From an uncultured Flavobacteriales bacterium (GTDB taxonomy: Bacteria; Bacteroidota; Bacteroidia; Flavobacteriales; UBA7430): DNA of 35,024 nucleotides. The position numbers were made by a program, and so were the translations under genes. Below, one piece after another: positions 26,473 to 35,024 of the stretch. Each line of letters starts with the position of its first letter. The stretch's first letter is position 1. The notes below the pieces were generated by a model, which was not told where the DNA came from, made no database searches, and saw only the letters and a program-made list of their open reading frames with translations. The stretch covers positions 1 to 35,024 of the forward strand of contig CAWVTK010000003.1 in NCBI GenBank assembly GCA_963933205.1. Reading direction: 5' to 3'.

Positions 26473-28530
26473 ATGACCGACAAAAAATCCATATTTCTGA
26501 GAGTTATGCTTATTAGCTCGCTAATTACGCTCGCTGCGATAGCTGTATTTATACAGCTTTTGAGGGTTCAATCGGAAATGGAGAGTAGCTTAGGTCAAAA
26601 CGATCCTATTTTGGCTTTACGAGAAATTCCATCTCCTCGTGGTAATATATACGACTTTAAGGGTAATTTGTTAGCTACTTCAATGCCCGTTTATACCATT
26701 GCAATAGATGCAACGCAACCGTCAGATACTTTATTTAACAATAATTATAAAGCCTTAGCCCAAGGTCTTTCTTCGCTATTTAATGATTTGAGTCCGGCAC
26801 AATATCAAAAAAAAATACTGCAATCCAGAAAAACAAAAAAACAATACTTGAGGCTCAAATCAGGTGTAAGATACTCCGAGCTTCAAGAGGTAAAAAAATT
26901 ACCAATTATAAATAAAGGTAGGTTTAAAGGGGGTTTCGTGTACACACAACAAACCCATAGGATTAGACCTTTTGGTTTTTTATGCGTCCGTACAATTGGC
27001 TACGGAAGAGAGGTCCATGATGTTGGAATTGAGAAATCGTTTAACAAATATCTTAAAGGAAAAAATGGACTGCAAATGATGCAGAAAATTAACGGAGGTG
27101 TATGGAAGCCTTTAAGTAATTCTCAAGATGTAGAGCCAGAGTCTGGAGCAGATGTTTACTCCACTATAGACATTAAAATACAAGACGTAGCACAGAAAGC
27201 ATTGCTAACCAGTTTAGAAAAGTTTGAAGCCGAAAGTGGTTCTGTAATTTTAATGGATGTTAAAACAGGAGCAATACGTGCCATGTCTAGTTTGCAACGC
27301 ACAAAAGAGCAGAAGTACGCAGAGAACTTCAATTTTGCTTTTGGAGCGGCATACGAACCAGGCTCTACTTTTAAACTTGCCTCGCTATTAGTTGCCCTGG
27401 AAGATGGGAAAATAGATACCTCTAACATAGTGGATACTAAAAATGGAGTCTTTCAATTTTACGATAGAAAAATGAAAGACTCAAATGCTAACCGAGGAGG
27501 CCACGGAAAAATATCTATTGCTCGAGCTTTTGAAGTGTCTTCCAATATTGGAATTGCTCGAACTATAGTTGATCTATACGAAGACAAACCACAAGAGTTT
27601 ATAGATCGTTTAGCTCGTTTGGGTGTAAGTAATAAATTAGATTTTGAACTTTTAGGCGAAGCAGAACCTTGGATTAAAAACAGAAGTGATTCTACCTGGT
27701 CTGGCGTTTCTTTACCCTGGATTGCTTATGGATACGAATTAAAAATGAGTGCCTTACAAATATTAGCTCTTTACAATGCTGTAGCGAATAATGGCGAGTT
27801 GGTAAAACCCTATTTGGTAGATAGAATACAACAAGGGGAGCATATTGTCAAATTACAAAAAGTTGAAGTTTTAAAACCTAGTATATGCTCCAATAAAACC
27901 ACGTCTATACTTCAAGATTTGTTGGTGGGTGTTGTAGAAAGAGGAACGGCCAAAAATATATATTCAAAAGAACATACCTGTGCTGGAAAAACAGGTACTG
28001 CAAAAATTGCGAGTAAGGGCGGATATGGCTCAGAGTATAGAGCCTCTTTTGCGGGTTATTTTCCAGCTAAAAACCCTAAATACTCTTGTATTGTAGTGGT
28101 TACAAAACCAAAAAAAGAACTTGGATTTTATGGTAACATAGTAGCGGCTCCTGTATTCGAAGAAATTAGAAATACCTTGTATGCAGAAGAGCCTGTGCTG
28201 GTGCCTGAGCTAAAAGGAATCATCGCAAACAATTATACCGGTACAACCAATGAGTTGAATTCCTTACATAAAGAATTGTCTTATCCAATCCATACTTCTT
28301 CTTCAAAAGATGCATGGTTAATAGGATCTAAAGAGGGTTTTAAGGAGCGAAATTTCGAATCAGACATTATGCCTAACCTAAAGGGAATGTCGTCTATGGA
28401 CGCCATTTACTTACTAGAAAACAGAGGATTATCTGTCGAATTACTCGGAAAAGGAAAAGTAAAAACACAATCTCTAAAAGCGGGAGTTAAAATTACAGAA
28501 AATCAAAAAGTAACACTAAGCCTATTGTAA
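26473..28530 (+). CDS. ftsI: Class B penicillin-binding protein (FtsI/PBP3) with C-terminal PASTA domain
   Basis: RGNIYD, EPGSTFK (SxxK), SSN, KTGT; MPNLKGM PASTA. Confidence 0.92.
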   Translation: MTDKKSIFLRVMLISSLITLAAIAVFIQLLRVQSEMESSLGQNDPILALREIPSPRGNIYDFKGNLLATSMPVYTIAIDATQPSDTLFNNNYKALAQGLSSLFNDLSPAQYQKKILQSRKTKKQYLRLKSGVRYSELQEVKKLPIINKGRFKGGFVYTQQTHRIRPFGFLCVRTIGYGREVHDVGIEKSFNKYLKGKNGLQMMQKINGGVWKPLSNSQDVEPESGADVYSTIDIKIQDVAQKALLTSLEKFEAESGSVILMDVKTGAIRAMSSLQRTKEQKYAENFNFAFGAAYEPGSTFKLASLLVALEDGKIDTSNIVDTKNGVFQFYDRKMKDSNANRGGHGKISIARAFEVSSNIGIARTIVDLYEDKPQEFIDRLARLGVSNKLDFELLGEAEPWIKNRSDSTWSGVSLPWIAYGYELKMSALQILALYNAVANNGELVKPYLVDRIQQGEHIVKLQKVEVLKPSICSNKTTSILQDLLVGVVERGTAKNIYSKEHTCAGKTGTAKIASKGGYGSEYRASFAGYFPAKNPKYSCIVVVTKPKKELGFYGNIVAAPVFEEIRNTLYAEEPVLVPELKGIIANNYTGTTNELNSLHKELSYPIHTSSSKDAWLIGSKEGFKERNFESDIMPNLKGMSSMDAIYLLENRGLSVELLGKGKVKTQSLKAGVKITENQKVTLSLL

Positions 28531-29984
28531 TGAAATTGCTAAAAGACCTATTGTACAAAGTAGATTTAGAGCTCATTGAAGGAAGCACAAATATTGCGAT
28601 TCCTCATGTTTGTTTTGACTCTAGATTTGTGCAAAAAGACAGCCTCTTTGTTGCTGTAAAAGGAACGCTTTCTGACGGGCATTCTTTTATAGAAAGTGCT
28701 CTAAAACTTGGTGCTGTAGTTATCGTTTGCGAAGAGTTGCCACAAAACTTAAATTCTAATGTAGTGTATGTAAAAGTACCTAATGCAGCAAAAGCTCTCG
28801 GTATTATTGCTTCAAACTTTTACGATAATCCATCAGAAAAAATAAAACTAGTAGGCGTAACAGGAACCAATGGAAAAACAACTGTTGCAACATTGCTCTA
28901 CAACCTATTTCAAGCCCTTGGGCTCAAAGCAGGACTATTGTCTACTGTTGTTTATAAAATAGGCCCCAGCTCAATAAACGCAACACATACAACACCGGAT
29001 GCCATCCGTATAAATCAATTGATTTATGAAATGGTAGAAAGTGGCTGCAAATATTGTTTTATGGAAGTAAGCTCGCATGCTATAGATCAAGGAAGAATTG
29101 TAGGCTTAGATTTTGACATTGCTTTATTCACGAACATAAGTAGAGACCACCTCGATTACCACAAAACATTTGACGACTACATACTAGCCAAGAAACAATT
29201 TTTTGACCTACTGTCTTCAAAAGCAACTGCCATAGTAAATAAAGATGACAAACATGGTGCTACCATGTTACACCATTCAAAAGCAATTAAAAAGACTTTT
29301 GCTTTGCGTTCCAATGCCGATTATAAATGCAAAATAATCGAAAGTCAATTTAGTGGTTTACACCTAAATGTAAACGGACAAGACGTATACACAAAATTAA
29401 TTGGTCATTTTAATGCAGCAAACCTATTGCTTAGCTATGCCGCTGCAATCGAGCTTGGAGAAGATGCGCTTCAGGTGCTCACTGTTTTGTCCTCTCTAAA
29501 TGCAGTAGATGGCAGGTTTCAGCAGTTTAAAACGGAAACAGGAGTAACAGCTATAGTAGACTATGCCCACACGCCTGATGCCTTAGATAATGTATTGAAT
29601 ACAATAGATGATATACGTTCAGGAAAAGAAAAAGTTGTTTGTATCATCGGATGTGGAGGCGATAGAGACCATGGTAAAAGACCACTAATGGCTGCTTCTG
29701 CATGCAAATGGGCCGATCAAGTTATTTTAACTTCTGATAATCCACGAAACGAAGACCCAAAAGTAATTATTGAACACATGAAATTGGGTTTAACCAATTC
29801 TCAACTCAGAAAAATAGTAAGTATTGAAGATAGAAAGGAAGCTATAAACCTAGGCTTAACGCTTTGCAGTGCGGATGATATTTTATTGGTTGCTGGAAAA
29901 GGACATGAAAAATACCAAGAAATTAAAGGAGAACGATTTCCTTTTGATGACTTGGCTGTTTTAAAAGCACATTTTAAAGACTAA
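28530..29984 (+). CDS. murE: UDP-MurNAc-tripeptide synthetase (meso-DAP)
   Basis: [38 protein letters not shown]. Confidence 0.96.
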   Translation: MKLLKDLLYKVDLELIEGSTNIAIPHVCFDSRFVQKDSLFVAVKGTLSDGHSFIESALKLGAVVIVCEELPQNLNSNVVYVKVPNAAKALGIIASNFYDNPSEKIKLVGVTGTNGKTTVATLLYNLFQALGLKAGLLSTVVYKIGPSSINATHTTPDAIRINQLIYEMVESGCKYCFMEVSSHAIDQGRIVGLDFDIALFTNISRDHLDYHKTFDDYILAKKQFFDLLSSKATAIVNKDDKHGATMLHHSKAIKKTFALRSNADYKCKIIESQFSGLHLNVNGQDVYTKLIGHFNAANLLLSYAAAIELGEDALQVLTVLSSLNAVDGRFQQFKTETGVTAIVDYAHTPDALDNVLNTIDDIRSGKEKVVCIIGCGGDRDHGKRPLMAASACKWADQVILTSDNPRNEDPKVIIEHMKLGLTNSQLRKIVSIEDRKEAINLGLTLCSADDILLVAGKGHEKYQEIKGERFPFDDLAVLKAHFKD

Positions 29985-29988
29985 ACAT

Positions 29989-31203
29989 ATGCTGTATTAT
30001 TTATTCAAGTATTTACACGAAACATTCGACTTATCCGGAGCTGGAGTGTTCCAATATATTTCTTTTAGAGCTGCAATGGCAGTTATTGTATCCTTGTTAA
30101 TATCCATGATTTTTGGTAAAACGATTATTAAGTATTTGGCAAAAAAACAAGTAGGAGAAAGTATAAGAGATTTAGGTTTAGCAGGACAAACAGAAAAAGC
30201 GGGTACTCCAACCATGGGAGGCATCATTATTCTTAGTGCTATTTTAATTCCAACCTTACTGTTTGCAAAACTCGATAATATTTATATAATCCTAATGTTA
30301 ATTACCACTGTTTGGATGGGTTTAATTGGTTTTTTAGACGACTATATAAAAGTGTTTAAAAAAGACAAAGATGGTTTAGCCGGGAAATTTAAAATTCTTG
30401 GACAAGTCTCCTTAGGAATCATTGTAGGGTCCATACTGTATTTCCATCCCGACGTGGTCATGAGAGAACAAGTAAAAACAAGCACTAACAGCTCCGAAAT
30501 AGTTTATACCCAAACGGATATCAAGTCTACCATGACGACCATTCCTTTTTTTAAAAACAACGAATTTGATTACTCCGATGTTTTATCGTGGGCAATAGAC
30601 AAGGCCGAAGATTGGGCTTGGCTAATCTTTATACCAATGGTTATTTTTATTGTAACTGCCGTTTCAAACGGAGCAAATCTAACCGATGGAATAGATGGTT
30701 TGGCAACAGGTACTTCTGCTATTATTGGACTTGTATTGGCCGTATTTGCATACGTATCTGGTAACATTATTTTTGCCGAGTATTTAAACATTATGTACAT
30801 ACCTAATTCTGGAGAATTGGTCATCTTCATCTGTTCTTTTGTAGGAGCTTGTTTTGGCTTTTTGTGGTACAACTCTTATCCAGCTCAAGTATTTATGGGC
30901 GATACAGGGAGTTTAGCCATTGGAGCTATTATTGGAGTTTTTGCCATAGCAATCCGTAAAGAATTACTTATTCCAATAATATGTGGAATCTTTTTTGTCG
31001 AAAATTTATCGGTGGTTTTACAGGTTACTTATTTTAAATATACTCGAAAAAAATATGGAGTAGGAAAACGAATATTCCTAATGTCGCCTCTCCATCATCA
31101 TTATCAAAAAGCAGGCTTACACGAAAGTAAAATAGTTTCTCGATTTTGGATTGTAGGAATTATGCTCGCAATATTAAGTTTTGTTACGCTAAAACTTCGC
31201 TAA
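29989..31203 (+). CDS. mraY: Phospho-N-acetylmuramoyl-pentapeptide transferase
   Basis: [32 protein letters not shown]. Confidence 0.97.
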   Translation: MLYYLFKYLHETFDLSGAGVFQYISFRAAMAVIVSLLISMIFGKTIIKYLAKKQVGESIRDLGLAGQTEKAGTPTMGGIIILSAILIPTLLFAKLDNIYIILMLITTVWMGLIGFLDDYIKVFKKDKDGLAGKFKILGQVSLGIIVGSILYFHPDVVMREQVKTSTNSSEIVYTQTDIKSTMTTIPFFKNNEFDYSDVLSWAIDKAEDWAWLIFIPMVIFIVTAVSNGANLTDGIDGLATGTSAIIGLVLAVFAYVSGNIIFAEYLNIMYIPNSGELVIFICSFVGACFGFLWYNSYPAQVFMGDTGSLAIGAIIGVFAIAIRKELLIPIICGIFFVENLSVVLQVTYFKYTRKKYGVGKRIFLMSPLHHHYQKAGLHESKIVSRFWIVGIMLAILSFVTLKLR

Positions 31204-31204
31204 A

Positions 31205-32521
31205 ATGATCGCAGTATTAGGTGCCGGAGAGAGTGGTCTTGGCGCAGCAATTTTGGCCAAAAAAAATGGATTAGACGTTTTTGTAAGTGACCTTGGTTTG
31301 ATAAAAGCAACCTATAAAGTCGAGCTAAACAAAAACAACATTAGTTGGGAAGAAGGCATGCATAGTGAGCAGAAAATACTCTCTGCCGACTTGCTTATTA
31401 AAAGCCCCGGAATACCCGAAACTAAGCTTTTGGCAAAAGCACGAACTAAAGGGATAGAAGTTCTTTCAGAAATTGAGTTTGCATTCCGGTTTTGCAAAGG
31501 TAAAATCATTGCAATTACAGGAAGTAATGGTAAAACAACTACGGCAACCTTGTTAAATCACCTCCTTAAAGGAGCTAATTTTGACGTTGCTTTAGCAGGA
31601 AATATAGGCGCTAGTTTTGCGCGATCCTTGGCCAACAATGATCATGAGTATTGGGTTTTGGAACTGAGTAGTTTTCAGCTCGATGATATTCATCAGTTTA
31701 AGCCTTTTATTGCTATTGTGCTTAACATTAGCCCTGACCATTTAGATTGATATCAGGGTAAAATGGAAAATTACGTAGCCTCAAAAATGAGAATTACCGA
31801 AAATCAAACTAAGAACGATTACTTTATTTATTGGAACGACGACACATGGCTTAAAAAGAATTTACACAAAGTAAAAGCGCAATTGCTACCCTTTGGAGAA
31901 CAAATAATTACTAAAGGTGCAAGCCTTATTGACAACAAAATTAACATTAATAGTAACCTAGAGCAGTTAACTATGAATATTCATGAATTAGCATTACAAG
32001 GTAAGCACAATAGTTACAACTCTATGGCTGGAGGTATTGCAGCAAAATTATTGGGCATTACAAATGATATTGTGAGAGATTGCCTCTCAGACTTCGAGAA
32101 AATTGAGCATCGCCTAGAACCGGTACTTCAAGTGTATGGGGTAGATTATATTAACGATTCGAAGGCAACTAACGTAAATGCTGCTTGGTATGCCATAGAC
32201 AGTATGTCTAGGCCAGTAGTTTGGATTTGTGGAGGGGTAGACAAAGGCAATAATTACGAAGACTTGATTCCTCTTGTATCAAAAAAAGTAAGTGCTATTA
32301 TTTGCTTAGGACTAGACAATTCCAAATTGATTAAAACCTTTGGAGCTAGTGTGGAGGTAATAATGGAGGCAAACACAATGAGATCTGCTGTTAAGATGGC
32401 TTATAAATTAGCCAATAAAGGCGACGCAGTATTACTGTCTCCTGCCTGCGCAAGCTTTGATTTATTTGCAAATTACGAAGACAGAGGTAGACAGTTTAAA
32501 AAACAAATAAGACTATTGTAA
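31205..32521 (+). pseudogene. murD: UDP-MurNAc-L-Ala--D-Glu ligase interrupted by one in-frame TGA (31748-31750); real nonsense allele or sequence error
   Basis: GAGESG, SPGI, GSNGKTT, ELSSFQL, DHLD*Y, HRLE, NDSKATN, LLSPACASFD; both fragments are in one frame (438 codons plus stop). Confidence 0.85.
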
Positions 32522-32522
32522 A

Positions 32523-33665
32523 TTGACTTGGACAGACCACATAAAAGGAGATAAATACATTTGGACGATAGCTGTTTTGCTCTCCCTAGTATCCATTGTT
32601 CTTGTGTACAGTGCAAGCTCTCATTTAGCCTTTGCCTACAAGCAAGGAGATACGATGTCTTTTTTAATTAAGCACTTGTTCCACTTAGGAATTGGCTTTT
32701 TTATCATGTGGCTGCTCTCTAAAATACCATTCAAGTACTTTTACAATAGTTCCTTACTTATTTTTGGCTTTGCAGTTCTGTTGGTTTGTTGGGCCATAAG
32801 CGGTGGCGAGTCTATAAACGGCGCAAATGCCAGCAGATGGATTAGGGTAGTGGGCTTTACGTTTCAGCCATCTGAGTTGGCAAAAGTATCTTTATTTGTT
32901 CTTTTAGCCAGAAATTTGGTTCACTACAAAGACAAGCTAAAATCCTTTAAGCATTCGTTTATTCCTATTTTAGGCCCTGTAATTTTAATCTGCGGATTAA
33001 TACTTCCTTCTAACTTTTCTACATCTGCCATTATTTTTATGATCAGTTTTTTGATCATGTTTGTTGGCAGATACTCGTTAAAATGGTTAAGTATAATGCT
33101 TTTTATTGGGCTGGGCTCATTAGCCTCCTTTTACGCCGTTGTAACCACCTACCCAACTATTAGTAACAGGGTTGCCACCTGGAACTCTCGTATCGAGTGT
33201 TACCTGGACAATGATTGTATAAGTTACCAAGTTCACCATGCTAAAATGGCTATAGCACGCGGCGGAATTTGGGGAAAAGGCCCTGGAAAGAGTGTCGAAA
33301 AAAACTTCTTACCTCAATCTTCTTCCGATTTTGTTTACGCTGTTATTATTGAAGAATATGGAAGATTTGGAGGCCTATTTGTTATCTTTTTGTACTTAAG
33401 TTTACTCTTTAGAGTACTAAAAATTGCCAGTAAATGTGACGACGACTTTGCCGTTTTAATGGTTATAGGTTTAGGTATTTCTATCGTTTCTCAAGCATTT
33501 ATTAATATGGCTGTTGCTGTGAGTTTACTCCCCGTTACCGGCCAAACACTTCCTTTAATTAGTGCAGGAGGCTCTTCTGTTTGGATGACATGCGCAGCCT
33601 TAGGCTTAATTTTGAGTATTAGTAATGGTTTACCAAAACCAGAAAGTGCAGAGCTAAATGACTAA
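32523..33665 (+). CDS. ftsW: SEDS family peptidoglycan polymerase FtsW
   Basis: GANASRWI, FQPSELAK, SDFVYAVIIEEYG, PVTGQTLPLISAGGSS; TTG start. Confidence 0.94.
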   Translation: MTWTDHIKGDKYIWTIAVLLSLVSIVLVYSASSHLAFAYKQGDTMSFLIKHLFHLGIGFFIMWLLSKIPFKYFYNSSLLIFGFAVLLVCWAISGGESINGANASRWIRVVGFTFQPSELAKVSLFVLLARNLVHYKDKLKSFKHSFIPILGPVILICGLILPSNFSTSAIIFMISFLIMFVGRYSLKWLSIMLFIGLGSLASFYAVVTTYPTISNRVATWNSRIECYLDNDCISYQVHHAKMAIARGGIWGKGPGKSVEKNFLPQSSSDFVYAVIIEEYGRFGGLFVIFLYLSLLFRVLKIASKCDDDFAVLMVIGLGISIVSQAFINMAVAVSLLPVTGQTLPLISAGGSSVWMTCAALGLILSISNGLPKPESAELND

Positions 33666-34755
33666 AAAAATTCTAATTAGTGGTGGAGGTACAGGAGGAC
33701 ACATTTTTCCTGCAATAGCTATTGCAAAAGAGTTGAAAAAACGAAACAAAAATATCAATTTGCTCTTTGTTGGCGCCTCCGACCGTATGGAGATGGAGAA
33801 AATTCCTGCAGCAGGGTTTAAAATTATTGGACTTTGGGTTTCTGGTTTTCAGCGATCACTTTCGCTTAAAAACCTACTTTTTCCCATCAAATTACTTTTT
33901 AGCATTGTAAAATCTTTCTTCACAATACTTCGTTTCAAACCTCATGTTGTAATCGGTACAGGCGGATTTGCAAGTGGGCCAATCCTATGGGTTGCCTCAC
34001 TTTTAAAAATACCTACACTTATACAAGAGCAAAACTCTTATCCAGGTATTACCAATAGAATATTAGCTTCTAGGGTAACCAAAATTTGTGTTGCATATCC
34101 AGGATTAGAACGCTTTTTTCCTGCGAATAAACTGCAGCTAACTGGAAACCCTATCCGCTCTGAAATAGAGTTTTCAAACTACAAAAAGAACGAAGCTTTA
34201 GCTGCTTTTGGATTTACTACAGACAAGCCTACTGTATTTATTGTAGGAGGAAGTTTAGGAGCCAAACGCATAAACGAAACAGTTTTAGCAAACAGTGCAT
34301 GGTTTGCAACGAACAAGGTTCAGTTAATTTGGCAAACGGGAAATTTATATTATGATACATGTATAAAAGCACAAGGCACCCTAGGTTCTGGAGCTCAAAT
34401 AAAAGCCTTTATTAGCGATATGGCATTAGCTTATGCAGCTGCAGATGTCGTTGTTTCAAGAGCGGGAGCTATTGCTTTATCAGAGCTAACTTCTCTTGGG
34501 AAAACCTCTATTTTAATCCCCTCACCTAATGTTGCCGAAGATCATCAAAAGAAAAACGCTTTGACTCTAGTGAAGAATCATGCAGCTATTTTAGTAGAGG
34601 AAAAAGATATGGACAATCAGCTCTTTGTAGCCTTAAAGTTAGTGTTGGAGAATCCACAAAAACAACAAGAACTGGCTGCCAATTGTAAAAGCATGGCACA
34701 GCCAAAAGCAGCGCATAAAATTGTAAATCTAATAGAACAAATTTGCAATGATTAA
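33658..34755 (+). CDS. murG: Undecaprenyl-PP-MurNAc-pentapeptide GlcNAc transferase
   Basis: GGGTGGHIFP, EQNSYPG, GNPIR, GGSLGA, SRAGA, HQKKNA. Confidence 0.97.
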   Translation: MTKKILISGGGTGGHIFPAIAIAKELKKRNKNINLLFVGASDRMEMEKIPAAGFKIIGLWVSGFQRSLSLKNLLFPIKLLFSIVKSFFTILRFKPHVVIGTGGFASGPILWVASLLKIPTLIQEQNSYPGITNRILASRVTKICVAYPGLERFFPANKLQLTGNPIRSEIEFSNYKKNEALAAFGFTTDKPTVFIVGGSLGAKRINETVLANSAWFATNKVQLIWQTGNLYYDTCIKAQGTLGSGAQIKAFISDMALAYAAADVVVSRAGAIALSELTSLGKTSILIPSPNVAEDHQKKNALTLVKNHAAILVEEKDMDNQLFVALKLVLENPQKQQELAANCKSMAQPKAAHKIVNLIEQICND

Positions 34756-35024
34756 ATTAGATCACTTAAAACAAATTTATTTTCTCGGAATTGGAGGCAT
34801 TGGCATGAGTGCCCTGGCTCGTTATTTTGCCGAATTGAATTACGAGGTTGCCGGATACGATAAAAGTAGCTCAGCAATAACTCGATCCTTAGAGCAAGCA
34901 TCTTGTACTGTATTTAATAAAGACGAGATAGCATCTATACCTAGTTCGTTTAACAATCCAAATCGTATTTTAATTGTTTATACACCAGCAATTTCGCAGC
35001 ACAGCACTCTTTTTAAATATTTTA
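34748..35024 (+). CDS. murC: UDP-MurNAc--L-alanine ligase, 5' part (runs off the window)
   Basis: Translates MIKLDHLKQIYFLGIGGIGMSALARYF...VAGYD...IVYTPAI; overlaps the murG stop. Confidence 0.92.
   Translation, partial: MIKLDHLKQIYFLGIGGIGMSALARYFAELNYEVAGYDKSSSAITRSLEQASCTVFNKDEIASIPSSFNNPNRILIVYTPAISQHSTLFKYF

Noticed and set aside
29984-29989. murF absent between murE and mraY
   Set aside because: Usual for Bacteroidota dcw clusters, where murF lies elsewhere; not evidence of loss
31748-31750. Selenocysteine or an alternative genetic code at the murD TGA
   Set aside because: The aligned residue is Arg rather than Cys, Trp or Gly; no evident SECIS hairpin; TGA serves as stop elsewhere in the window
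1-35024. CRISPR array, IS/transposase, prophage, tRNA/rRNA, anti-phage defence genes
   Set aside because: No repeat-spacer series, transposase or integrase motifs, or cloverleaf sequences seen; intergenic gaps are short and mostly explained by promoters and terminators

Overview
AT-rich bacterial chromosome segment from a Bacteroidota, probably Flavobacteriales (gldB/gldC, T9SS C-terminal domain, TAnnTTTG -7 promoter elements, dcw cluster without murF). Order: asnS-rpoN-ArsR regulator; a T9SS-secreted Kgp-like C25 (gingipain) peptidase behind a sigma54-type -24/-12 element; a putative phosphate-acquisition locus (phosphate-porin-like protein, SulP transporter, an unannotated 30-aa membrane micropeptide, a divergent PiT-like transporter and a PhoP/PhoR-like pair); an SRPBCC-like gene; trmB; an alkyltransferase-like gene; mrp-nfu-korAB; a PAS protein with a degenerate kinase domain; nadE; gldB-gldC; yihA; an alpha/beta hydrolase; and the dcw cluster mraZ-rsmH-ftsL-ftsI-murE-mraY-murD-ftsW-murG-murC (truncated). 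The strongest unannotated signal is a pair of promoters (6871 and 10370) with the same architecture: four TTAAC-type half-sites at an exact 11-bp period and a -7 element at the same distance. The second one leads first into the 30-aa ORF. murD carries a single in-frame TGA at a conserved Arg. No rRNA, tRNA, CRISPR array or mobile element was seen. All family assignments come from reading motifs by eye; no database search was run.
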